A program made the translations under genes and the position numbers. From Adineta vaga (lineage: Eukaryota; Animalia; Rotifera): DNA of 64,000 nt. Below, one piece after another: positions 1-12,500 of the stretch (position 1 is its first letter; each line of letters opens with the position of its first letter). The notes beneath the pieces were generated by a model. The model saw only the letters and a list, made by a program, of their open reading frames with translations, was not told the DNA's origin and ran no database searches. The stretch covers positions 15,500,001 through 15,564,000 of the forward strand of contig CP075495.1 of NCBI GenBank assembly GCA_021613535.1, written 5' to 3'.

Positions 1-958
1 GAAAATATAAATGAAATCATTTTGAATTTAACATTCGATACAACAGTGGAATAACTAATTCATCATAGGCACTTGAATCTTGATTACAATATAATGAAAA
101 ACATTCTAAATTAGGTAAATTTTCCTAGAAAAATGATTCTACTTAAATCAGTTAGATGTTAATACAAATAATCTACCGTTTTACTGATTGTTTCATGTGC
201 CGAAAGATGAATGACAGAAATATTAACATGAAATATTCGAAGTTGAGGTAACCGTCCATCAAGTAGATAAAGACAATCGGAGAAAAATTTGACATTAGCA
301 TGTAGTTCTAGGGGAGTTTTGGACAATTAATAATTGGATATAAAGTCACAAATAATATGCATTGAGCAAAATTTGAAAATGATTTGAAGTTTAAATACTT
401 TAGATTGATAAACATAGTAAAGATGTCTGCAGATATAATCGTTTTTTCATTTTCTGCTGAAAACTGTTTCTCATTTGTACGAGTATGAATAGTAAGTGAT
501 GTAATTTGATTTGAAATCAATCCATCAAATTAGTTTCATCTAAATATATGAATACGAAATAATGAGAATTAAATTAGAATATCATACCAGCAAACAGATG
601 TTTGGCTTTTTCTTTTTCAAGATTAAATAAACCAAGTCCATAAAGATTAGCATAATTTCTATAAAAGATACGTTCTATACTTGATGATGATTCCACGTCG
701 AGCCATTGGATTTTATGATAAATCGAAGGTAAAATTTGTAAAATGAAACGATCAAGTATTGTAGTGGATAATGAATCAATGAATTGAATTATCGGAGAAA
801 CGTCTCATCAATGTTAAATGAATTGTAAAAGCTGAATCATGTGCAAATGTATTCAGCCTTTTATTAGCATTTATCAAAGAAAAAAGTACTTCATCATTGG
901 GCAAATTTTTGAAAATTATCGCAAGAATTTCATCAGGCAAATCATTCAATTGAACCAT
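1..958 (-). pseudogene. F-box/LRR-like gene (family expanded in bdelloids), frameshifted near 776; 3' end runs off the window start
   Basis: MVQLNDLPDEILAIIFKNL..VLFSL..NKRL is an F-box start. After ...NSIH a TGA and +1 shift occur, and the family-typical SLSTTILDRFILQILPSIYHKIQWLDVESS resumes in another frame. Downstream 'DCLYLLDGRL' resembles the paralogue at 16115-17807. Confidence 0.7.
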
Positions 959-1055
959 TGAGTGTGTCATTATTATTTTCACTACTCTTGATTTGCTTGC
1001 CACTTTGAAACGTGATCATTTATATTGTTTATATTCATTTTCTCTATTTGACTTT

Positions 1056-1234
1056 ACGCAGAAAACAGACAGAAAAAGTGAATTAAGTTCAAATTGAATG
1101 GGACGTCCAATTGGGTCATTATCGTCTTGAGTTACGTTAAGTCATCTTTTTTAGATGATTTAAGAGACAAAACGCAATTGTATGGGTTGATTCAATTTTA
1201 AATTTAATTCACTTTTTCTGTCTGTTTTCGGCCT
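1056..1234. mobile_element. Small MITE-like element with ~40-bp terminal inverted repeats
   Basis: gaaaacagacagaaaaagtgaattaa (1061-1086) is the exact reverse complement of ttaattcactttttctgtctgttttc (1204-1229); imperfect pairing extends inward to aaattgaat/attcaattt. Confidence 0.7.
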
Positions 1235-1235
1235 T

Positions 1236-1475
1236 ACTGTTCAAATGGGAATGTTACTTGGTGCAAACGTTTCGATTGGACAATATATTTTAGTTGTTTT
1301 ATTACCAGTGACAGGTGGAAATATTATTGGTGGAGGATTTTTTGTTGGATATTTAAATTGGTATTTATATTTCGCTAAACAATCGAATGAACATATCGAT
1401 GTTGATGCCGAATTAGTACCTGTACCAACGGTTTATCACAGTGTAAAGCAGAATGATGATACTGTTCGACCCTAA
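1236..1475 (+). pseudogene. C-terminal fragment of a formate/nitrite transporter (FNT family)
   Basis: GMLLGANVSIGQYI..LLPVTGGNIIGGGFFVG..WYLY matches the last FNT helices (PVTxGNxxGG). The upstream part is absent, replaced by the MITE and the F-box gene. Confidence 0.65.
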
Positions 1476-1714
1476 TTTAATCAATTTATGCAAAAAGAAA
1501 AGAAGAAAATAATCAACAGATTCTTTTTTTTCTTTTCAAGTCTTTTAGAAATTTTTAAGTGTTTTGTGTATCTTTCCTTTTAGTTTAGTTTATTTTGAAA
1601 AGAATAATAAATAAATAAATAAATAAATAATAGATTTATTTTGCATATATAAATATCACTTTTATTCATTATCACAAAAGTTTGAAGAACGAAATCAATC
1701 AGTCTATTTTACGG

Positions 1715-2897
1715 ATGTTGAATCTAAGGTGCATATTTTTGATATTTATTCCTTTTTTGATTGAAGGAAGTGTGATTGATTTATCTCATTTTTCAATTCT
1801 AACTTCTCCATCATCTTATCCATCATATAAATTCAATATTCTTCATCATTTGACTGCCATCTCACCTTATTTTGATTCAGAATCCAATGAATTAAATCCT
1901 GATCCACCATTGGGTTGTACAATCGATAAAGCAATCTATTTAGTTCGTCATGGTTCTATCTATGCTAATGATTATGATTATGAACATACAATTGAACCAT
2001 TTATAAAACGTTTACAATCTTCATTGAAACAAATAGATTTCTCGCGATCAAAAGAATTGGCTTTTTTAGCAACTTGGAATTCACCAATAACAAATAGTGA
2101 TGAACAAGTTGAAAAATTAACACAATCAGGTAGTAATGAAGCGTTTAAACTCGGTACTCAATTAGCATCTCGTTATCCGAATCTAAAAACGAAAATTTGG
2201 GCGTCATCATCGAATCGAACAAAGGAAAGTGCTGCATCACTTTTCACAGGACTTTCTGGTAATAAGAAAACAATTGATGATATATCAATTATAATGGAAG
2301 AGAAGAATCAAGGTGCAAATACATTATCACCAACAAAAACTTGTTCATTATTTAATATTACATTAGGTACTCAAGAAGCAGAGACATGGTTAAAACATTA
2401 TTCTTTATCAATTCAAACTCGATTGAATAAACAAATAATTGGATTTGAATTTTCATCGAATGATATTTTGGCTATGCAAGAATTATACAATGAGTACAGA
2501 TCAAAATCTTTATATTAATGTTGTTCATCGAGAAATGTTACCTTTAGTATTAACAGCATTAGGTCTTTATAATGATACAAATCAAAATCAAATCTTTCCT
2601 TTAAATCAAATTAATTATCAAAGAAAATGGAAATCAAGTAAATTTGTTCCTTTTCTTGGTCATATTGCATTGGAACGACTTCAATGTACATCCAGTTCAT
2701 ATAATGGAAATTTTATTCGAATTCTTGTTAATTCAGAACCTCAACCTTTACCTGGATGTGCGAGTGGACCTGGTGCTAGTTGTCCTATAGTACAATATAT
2801 GAGTTATATTAAAAATCGAGATGATTCTTATGAGGATTTTTCTAAAGCATGTCAAGTTAATTATCAAAATAGTACCGATCTATTCACATTTTTTTAA
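1715..2897 (+). pseudogene. Secreted histidine acid phosphatase/phytase (fungal-like) with internal deletion and frameshift at ~2486
   Basis: Signal peptide MLNLRCIFLIFIPFLIEG, catalytic VRHGS motif, C-terminal VHREM..., SSKFVPFLGHIALERLQC and CASGPGASCP. The frame changes directly after AMQEL with no intron, and the usual middle segment appears to be missing. Confidence 0.75.
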
Positions 2898-4008
2898 CGA
2901 AATGTCTTTGATTAACTTTGATATTTAATAAAAATAAATTCTTTTATTATATTGATATATTGCCTTTAAAACATTTTAGAATAAGAAGAAGAAGAAAAAA
3001 CGTGAGAAAAGAATTTCATTGAAAGTAAGGATAAAGTGGCTTCCTTTTTTTAAATGAGTAGAAATTCAAGTACAATTCACATGGTCGGATGAATAAAAAA
3101 TTTATTTTGTCGTTTGACGACATTTCTAAATAAACGTTTGTAGTGGTAAAAATAACGCTGTGTATTTGATATTATTATTTGTACTCGTTTTTATTAATCG
3201 AGATGCATGTGGTAAAATGCTAAAGCTTTGACTGTGAAATCAATGTAAATGCTTTCAATCTTCAAAGATTTTACATTTATATTTGTAGAAGATGTAATGT
3301 CAGATAAAAATAGGCTTATATCGACGATGATGAAAATCATATTGATTCAACTGGAGAACATCGACAAGATTTATGTGAAAAATGTATACGATTAGGTCGA
3401 CCGTGTTACGTAATGCCGAGCAATCGGCGTCATCAGCGATCTGGATCGTCACCAGTTTCAAAACAACTTCATCGAAAAAATCGGTCAAATGTAGCTTCGA
3501 TGAAATCGCCTCGAACATCTTCCATACCTTCTTTAGTAAAAACTAATATTGCACTTTTGATTAGTATAGGTAACACTATTTTCTCTTGATTTCTATGAAA
3601 TAAAAATGATATCATGTAAAAGTCAAACAGACCTTGAATATAGACATATCTTCATGACGTTATCGGATTAAATAAAAATAAAATTACGTTGAATAAGTAA
3701 TTCTTTTCAGATAAATTGTATTCAATTTTTAACAAAATAAAAAAATAATATTATTAAACTATCATTTCAAATCAATGTTGATCAAAATTCAACATCAGTA
3801 GTCCATAAATAAAACGCTTTTTATCAATTATCTAGAATGACGAGAAGTACGACCCTTAGACGTTTGTTGATTAAGAAAATGATGAGAAAAAGAACCATAC
3901 GTTGTCCTTCTCTATACTTATATTTTAAGTAGAATATCCGTCTTATATATATATATAATCTTCAAGTTTAGTTAATCAAATCTTGAATAATATTATATTT
4001 AAATAATA

Positions 4009-5475
4009 ATGTTAATAACAGGTATATTATTTCTGTTAATAATTTATATATTCTTACGATATATAACTGAAAAGAAAAGATTTCCAGGTCCAAAACAAAT
4101 AATAACTCTTCCTAATTTTTTCTTCTCATCAATTCTTCAATTATCAAATAAAACTGTTCGAAAATATCTTTTAAAATTTTTCTTTCCTGATTCTTGTCGA
4201 TATATTGAACTAACAGTTCCATTAGCATCTCAATATTATACATTAAAATATGGTGATATTGTTCAAATAAATCTTTTTAATCAACCAACAATAATAATAT
4301 CAAATTCTGATTTTGCTGATTATATTTTAAGACGAAATGGAAAAAATTATACATTAAGATTTGGAAATCAATTAGGTTTAGAATATTTAGGAATGAAAAC
4401 TAAAGGTATTATTTGGAATCAAAATATTCAACGATGGAAATATCAACGTTTAAATTTCTTTCAAAAATCATTAAATAGTAAAATATTAGATGATGCGAAA
4501 TATGTTTCAAATGATACAGTTGATTATATTTTAAAATATTTAAATTATTTTGAAATTCAATCAAATATTATTGATATTATGGATCTTTTACGTGCAATGA
4601 CATTTACAATAACATGTCATTTATTTCTTGATTTACCAATTGGTTCAATTTCAATTGAGAAAACAAAATTTTATGTTAATTCTATTGTTCAATATTTTAA
4701 AGCTTGGGAATATTTTTTATTAAAACCAACAGAATTTTATGAAGAAAATTTAACAATAAAACATGAAAAATCTGTCAATGATTTAAATAATGTTGTTGAA
4801 GAAATTATTTTACAACGAGATTTAAATCAAAATTGTTTATTTATTAATTCATTAATTCAATCATTAAATAATAATCAAATAACGAAACAAGAAATGAATC
4901 AATGTATTTTAGAAATGCTTATTGCTGGAACAGATACATCATCTGTAACAATGTTTTATTTTCTTCTTGCACTTGCTGATCGAAAAGATTTAGAAAATGA
5001 TTTATTAAAAGAATTAAAAAATAATTCGTATTTATTATTAATTAATGGTTTAAAAGAATCAATGCGTTATAAACCTGTTGGACCAGTTATAATGAGATGT
5101 GCTATTCAAAATGATATTTATAAGAATATTTCAATTCAACAAGGAACAAATATAATTATTAATTTAGTTGATATGCATACAAAATCGGATGAATTTTTAT
5201 ATCCAAATCAATTTAATTTAATTAATGTTCGAGATAAAGATTTATCAAATATAAATTCAGAAAGAAATGTTTTTCTTCCATTTGGTATTGGACCAAAAGA
5301 ATGTGTTGGTAGATGGTTAGCAAAAGTTGAAATGGAAACTATTATTGAAAAATTAATTTTAAATTATTCATTTCAACGTGCAAATCAAACAAAAACATTA
5401 GAAGAATTACAAACAAGATGGGATATTGCACAACAACCGACTCATCCAGGTTATATGTTCATGAAAAAAAGATAA
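4009..5475 (+). CDS. Cytochrome P450, aromatase (CYP19)-like, intronless
   Basis: N-terminal membrane anchor, I-helix QCILEMLIAGTDT, K-helix ESMRYKPV, heme motif FGIGPKECVG. Several blocks resemble aromatase: RFGNQLGL..GM..KGIIWN, YFKAW..LLKP, GTNIIINL. Confidence 0.92.
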   Translation: MLITGILFLLIIYIFLRYITEKKRFPGPKQIITLPNFFFSSILQLSNKTVRKYLLKFFFPDSCRYIELTVPLASQYYTLKYGDIVQINLFNQPTIIISNSDFADYILRRNGKNYTLRFGNQLGLEYLGMKTKGIIWNQNIQRWKYQRLNFFQKSLNSKILDDAKYVSNDTVDYILKYLNYFEIQSNIIDIMDLLRAMTFTITCHLFLDLPIGSISIEKTKFYVNSIVQYFKAWEYFLLKPTEFYEENLTIKHEKSVNDLNNVVEEIILQRDLNQNCLFINSLIQSLNNNQITKQEMNQCILEMLIAGTDTSSVTMFYFLLALADRKDLENDLLKELKNNSYLLLINGLKESMRYKPVGPVIMRCAIQNDIYKNISIQQGTNIIINLVDMHTKSDEFLYPNQFNLINVRDKDLSNINSERNVFLPFGIGPKECVGRWLAKVEMETIIEKLILNYSFQRANQTKTLEELQTRWDIAQQPTHPGYMFMKKR

Positions 5476-6558
5476 TTGACAATTAGTTTTACAAAACTTA
5501 TATCCTTTCTTTTTTCTTTTGAAAACAATTTAATAAAATCTAATCGGACTCGGAATAGAGTTATCGCTTTAGCTTGAAGATCCGGTTTTAATCAGATACT
5601 TGTTGAAAAAGAGAATAAAATATTTTTCCTTAAAATCCATTCCACTTTTTATCGTTAACAATAGTCCTGAAAGTATTTGAGTTAAAATCATGGACTATTG
5701 TCTATCTTTCCTAGTTGCTTATCGGAAGAAGTTTCACCGAAGAGTAATCGAATATAATGTTAGTTTTTTTGAAATTCTATAAATGAGAGAAAGTCCATAT
5801 TTTCTATTTGTGATATCGGATTAATTACTCAAGGTAATTCTATTAGAAATAAAAATAGAACTACTGGGTTTTTCTCCAGTATATGTCACGATTATGAGTC
5901 ATCATATACAGATCTTCATGTATAAATAGAGCGAAAAATAAACTCGTACCTTTTTTCTTTCTTCATTGAAATATTGAAGCGTGTCACGTTATTTCGAATA
6001 AAAAACAAGGTTACGAAAGAGTTTTCGGTAAGTATCTATTAAAACTATTTTCTTCAGATGAAATTCTTGATTCGCAATTGTTTTGAAGATTTGAAATATT
6101 AAAAAATAATATTTTCTATTGGATATTTCTTAAGTAATTGGTTTTTACTTTAAAATGCTTCTCAATGAAATTTTTTTTTTACAAAAGTGTCAAAAGTGAG
6201 ATAAGTAAACAAAAATGCTCTTCCATATAATCAACATGTTCCCATTTGACGAAATTTCGATCAGATTAAAATTCTATTTTGTTATTTATACCAATATGAG
6301 TAAATAAATATAATATACAAGGTCTCTTATATGAATGAGTCATTAAAACAAACTAATTTTCATAGGCTTATACGAATCATCAAGAGAGAGAGAGAGAAAA
6401 AAATCTCGATAACTTAATTAGAGAAATTAGTCAATAATTCAGTTTGTTTGCGATGAAAGTCTGTCCGTAATAGAACTTTTCCAATAATGAGATTAAATCT
6501 ATACGAGACGATAAAATTCATTGAATTAAAGATAATAGATTATGTTCATTTAGAATTA

Positions 6559-9500
6559 ATGTCTCCTGTTCATATAATTATCTCAGGTGCTTCATCTGTT
6601 GGTAAATCAACATTAGTTGATGAATGTATAAGAAAATTTAAACAAGATAAGAAATTAAAATATAAACAATTTGAACGTATTCAAGAAGTTGCACGAACTG
6701 TTCTTAATCGATTAAAATTAACTGGAAAAGATTTAGAACATTATATAAATACAAATAATCTCAATGCTTTTTCAAAAACACAAGAAGAAATTATTTCTGA
6801 ACAAGTTAAATGTTTTAATAATTTTATTGATAAAAATTATTTATCAGATCGATCTGGTTTTGATGCATTAGCATATATTCATCATTATTTTAATAATCAA
6901 CAAAAAGCACAAGACATTTTTCAAACTTCTTTATTTCAACAATTAATTGAACAATGTCGAAATGGTTTAATTTTTATTATTCAACCACAAGAAGACTTAC
7001 AAGCACAAAATGATAATATGAGAATAGTATCAAGTTTTCAAGATCAAATTTATTATACACAAGCTTTACAATTTTGGTATCATCAAGCAAATTTATCTTA
7101 TTTTCTTATTACTGATTTAAATATGGAAAAACGTGTGGAATTTATTCGTGAACATATCAATGGTTATTTTCATTTTTCAACGGAAATATCAATTCCATTA
7201 TGTTTACCATTTCATTTAGATAAACGAAAATGTGATGATCATAATGATCTTTCAAATGTATTACCTAAAAATCAATCTTATATTCGTTATATTGAAATAT
7301 TAGATAAACAAAATATTCGAATAAATTATGAAAAATATGATAAAAATCGTTTAATTGAAAAATATGATTCATCTTGTTTAGAAAATAAATTTCTTTCAAT
7401 TTTATTTAATCAAAAATTAAATAATGAATTTGTTGAACAAATTTTATTAAATCAAATTCAAATTAATAATCAAATTTATCATTTTATTGGTTTTAGTAAT
7501 AGTCAATTAAAAAGTCGATCATGTTATTTATATGCAGGAACAATTGAACAGATTGAACAAATTATTTATGATAATGGAAATTTTCAAACAATTAAAAATT
7601 TAAGTAAACGTGCTGCAAGAATTGGACTTTTATTTTCAAGTTGTACACCAACGATTCATATTCAATCAGATCATGTTATCGAAATTGATGATGTTGAAAG
7701 AAATAATTTTACTTTTACAGATGGGTAAATTAAAATTAATAAGATAATCATATATCTATTTTAGTATCTTATAGATGTGGAATTATTGGACGGAAATTAG
7801 CAAAAGAAATTGTTCCATATTTAATTGATTTTAAAAAACCAATAATAACAATTTCGGATGATAATTTAAACGAAGAAAATCTTTGTCCTTGTGCATTTCA
7901 AATTCGTTATCAAGGTTATAAAGGTAAAAAATATAGTCAAATATTCTTTTTTTTATTAAAGATGAAATTTATAGGTGTTTTAATGATCAATGATAATGAT
8001 AATGATGAAACAATTCAAGTTCGTCCATCAATGAAAAAATTTACAAGTGAAATTAGTTCTTGTTTATATGTTTGTGATGATGGATATTCAAAACCAAGAC
8101 TTGGATTTCTTATTAAACAATTTATTATTTTATTATCTGGATTAAATATTTCTGATGAAATTTTTCTTAAAAAACAAAAAGAATATTTTCAAGATATTAT
8201 TCATATGTGTGATGATATGAATATTGCTTTAAAATATTTACTTTATTATGATAGAATTGATTTAATTTATCATTTATTATCAAATAATATTGCATTGGTT
8301 CAAACACAATTGGAATCTATACAAAAAAAAGCTTTGGAAAGTGTGGAAAAATTAAAAATTCCCATAACAAAATCACGTTTAGCTATTGGTGTTTGTGATC
8401 CATGTGAGTTAATTGAAAGAAATAGGGAAATTTTATTATCTAATCTCTTATTTAGATGGAATTTTACAATCAGGTGAAGTTTATTTTCGTCCAACATACA
8501 ATGGAAGACAATTTATGATGGATTCAAAAATTTGTTTTGTCGCAAAATCTCCAAGTTATCATTTAGGGGATATTCGAGTTTTAAAATTAACATCTTATAA
8601 ACAATTAGAACATTTATATGATGTTATTGTTTTTCCTATTAATGGTTATCGTCCACATCCAAATGAAATTGTAAATCATGAATTTCTTTTTTATTAAATA
8701 ATTTTCAATTCGTTTTTATAGGCTGGAAGTGATTTAGATGGTGATAAATATTTAATTTGTTGGGATCAAGATTTAATTCCACAAAAATTGAATAAACCAA
8801 TGGATTATAGTTCAAACGCAAAAGTTCAAGAATCAGCATTTATTGAAAGAAAAGATTTAATATCACATTTTGCCAATGCACAAATGAATAATCAATCGGG
8901 AATTATTGATAAATATTATAATTATTGGGTAAATCTTTTAGGAGTAAACTCAATTCAATGTCGACGATTAGCGGAATTATTTTCTGCAGCTGTTGATGCA
9001 CCAAAAACTGGACAAAAAATTCGTATTCCATCAGAATTAAAACCGCCGAGAAAAGATGAACAAACAAATCCAATAACAACTGTACAAGCTCAAAGAGGTA
9101 TTGATTATTATCTCAATAAAATATTTTATATATAATTTTATTTAGAAGATAACAATTGTACTAAAGAATATGTTTGGATAAAAATGTTAAATAATGCAAA
9201 AAAATTTCGAGAGGAATTTCAAATAAAACTACTCAATGAAAATCGATATAAAGGTTTATCAAAAACAACATTATTAACAATTTTCTATGAACGACGATGT
9301 CCAACATTATTAACGTATAATAATACACAATCATTAAATGAATATGATCTGATTATTTCAACAATTAAATGGATTAATGAACAAGAAAATTCAGATGAAA
9401 TTCTTAAAGATTTTATTTATTTATTTGATTTAAGTCAATTAACAATGAAACAAAAACAAGATATTGAATTATCTTTAAAAATTCCTCGTTCAAATTTATA

Positions 9501-12500
9501 TTCAATATTACATAAATCAAAAATTTTATCTAATGAACTTATTGAAAAATATCATTTACTAGGAACATCATTATCATGGAGATTATATTATACATCTCCT
9601 CAACTATTCCATATAAAATCTCAAATTGAAAATGAACAAACATTTCAACCAATTATTTATGTTTTAAAACAAAATTCTTTACATGAAAGAACATTAATTA
9701 ATATTTCTATTAATGATACAACTACATTAGTGTTAGATCTCTATCAAAATGCACTTATTCAAATACCTGAACAGCAAACAAATCAAAAACAATCATCGAT
9801 TTTATTTCAAATTCAAACAGGTATTTATGCAAAAAAAAGACATACATGTAGATGATGAAGAGAAATGATCTATTACGAAATTTATTTTGAGACTTGATGA
9901 GAATTTAGTGAATACATTTTTTAGGATTATGTTATGCATATTTGGAATCAAAATTATATTCAATTAAAAGAAAATTCTTTTTCGATAATGATTATTTTGT
10001 AAGAATAAATGAAGATCGTATACAAATTTATCAAAAAGATCCAAGAAATTCTTTTATTGTTTTTATGTATGATATAAGTGGTGAAAATAAAATAATCAGT
10101 GTTGATCTAACAAGATTTGATCGAAATATTTTACGAGAACGTAATCATCCAAAAGTCAATCGACATATTTGGAATTATTTTGAAATATTTATATTATCAA
10201 ATGATGAACAATTATCTTCGAGTTATTATCCAATTCTTAGTTATTATGATGAAGAATATTATACGCAAAATTATTTTAATCAACAAATTGAAAATTATCA
10301 GTTTATCCCATATCAAACAGAACAGTAAGTCGGTTTTTTATTATTCAAAGAGTGTAATCCGACTGGATATAGGTTTCAAATATTCAACATCGCTTGATTT
10401 CTTATAGTAATCAGTATATATATAGTAGTTTTTAATAAAATTATTTATTTAGAGAGAAAGAAGAAGAACAGAAATATAAAAATGAAAAACACCAAAATGA
10501 AGAGAATCGAAAAGAATTTTTAATCAAATTTGAAGGTCTTTCATTGGAAAATGCTGAAGAATTATTGAAAAATTTCATATCAATTCATGATAATGAATAT
10601 GTATATAAAATTTGGATTTATTTAAACGAAAAGCAAATCAATATGGAGAAAATTAATGAAGAAATTCTCGAATATTTTTTCAAAGAAATTAATCTAATGT
10701 TAAACGGTTCAATTTATCGAATAGTTATTAATGAAGATTGGTTTTATGAATTAATATTTTCATTCATTCACAATAGAAATGAAAAAATTTTGAATAAAAT
10801 TTATCAATTAATTAAAAAAATGAATCAAAAATTGAAAGATAAGAGTCAACCATCATATCTTCCATTTTTAGGAAGAATTTTTCAACGTTTATTCAAAGAA
10901 AATTTTAATGAAATTGAAGAATTTTATTTAGTAAATAATGAATTCATATTTCATTTATATTTGTCATTAATCTTAGGAAATGATTTCAATACAAATGAAA
11001 TTTCATTAAACTATCTTTTAGAAATATCTTCATTAATAAATATTCAACTAACATTAAAACAATTAATTCATTTAATTCAATCATGTTTAATGACAAAAAA
11101 TTCCGAGATTTGTTTATTATTTCTTCAAAATTTATCCAATATTTCTTTAATAAATCAAGAAGAACATTCATCAATAATAAATGATTATCTTATTCAATTT
11201 TTATCAATGATCATTCGAACAACTGTTTATGATCTTGATGAAATTAATAAAAGAATTAAACTAAAACAAGAAATTTTAGTTCGAAATGGTGAAACTATTT
11301 TCAATTTAAGAGCAAAATTTATGAAAAAGAAAAATAACGAAAATATTTCATCAAATGTAAGTCAACATTTCTCATTTCTTTTGTGTAACGAAAACTGCGT
11401 CAACACGGACGTAACAAACATAGCATTTTCATAAGATCATAAAAAAATAAAATCTTTGCGTTTAGAATGATGATGAAGGTGAGAATGCGGAAGAAGAAGA
11501 AGATGAACAAAATGAAGCGATATTTCAATTTGAAGATCATCAATATGAAAAAATTCCATCACATCATTTTAATATTGGTGATTCAGTTGCCTTAATTGAT
11601 CAAGACGAATTAAATAATTATTCAAATAAAAATGATGAAAAACCTCCTTTACGTTTATTTTATCAATCATTTGGTATTATTTTAAGTATTTATCCATATT
11701 TATCAATTAAATTTCCATATTTTCCAATTTCATTAACAAACAATAATTATTTAAATCGACAAAAATTATTTCGTTTAGAACGTTTACCAAATTTCGTCAC
11801 ATTGAATCGATCAATAGATGCATTTGAAAAACTAATTGATAATCAAGATGTTTTAATAATAAAACCTTTTTTAAATCTTTCCGAAAATCTCAATTCTAAT
11901 CAATTAAAAGATTATGCCGACGAAAAAGTTCAAAGATTAGAAAATCAATTCTCTGATGATCATGAATATAACCAAGCAAATTTAAATAATAGTCAACGAC
12001 AAGCAATTCAAAATGCCTTAGAAAATCGTTTAACATTAATTCAAGGACCACCAGGTACTGGAAAGACTGAAACATCAGCATGGATTATTCATTTATGGTT
12101 GAAAAATTTCTTGCAACAAGGACAAACGATTTTAGTGTGTGCTGAAACACATCAAGCGGTTGATAATTTAACAAGACGTTTATTAAAATATCAATATCGA
12201 TTAATTCGTTATGGAGAACCAAGAACTGTTGCACCAGATCTTCATGTAAATTTTATTAAAATCGTATTTTAAACGAACGAGAAGAATTTTTGCCTTTAGG
12301 AATATACAATGCCTCGACAAATTGAATTAATTCGTCGAGAAAAACAAAGATTGAATGGTAATTCATCGACAAAATCTTTATTTGGTCCACCACGTCCGAA
12401 AGAAATCCGTGAAGTTTTATCGAATTGTCAAATATTATGTATGACTTGTACTGGTGTCGGAATTTTAGAATCATCTTTAAAATTTCCATTCATTTTAATT

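Noticed and set aside
3098-3530. Minus-strand ORF with faint resemblance to CENP-M or a small GTPase (VDLIVYIF, ASRLIKRVQI)
   Set aside because: Similarity is too short and broken by stops to support a call.
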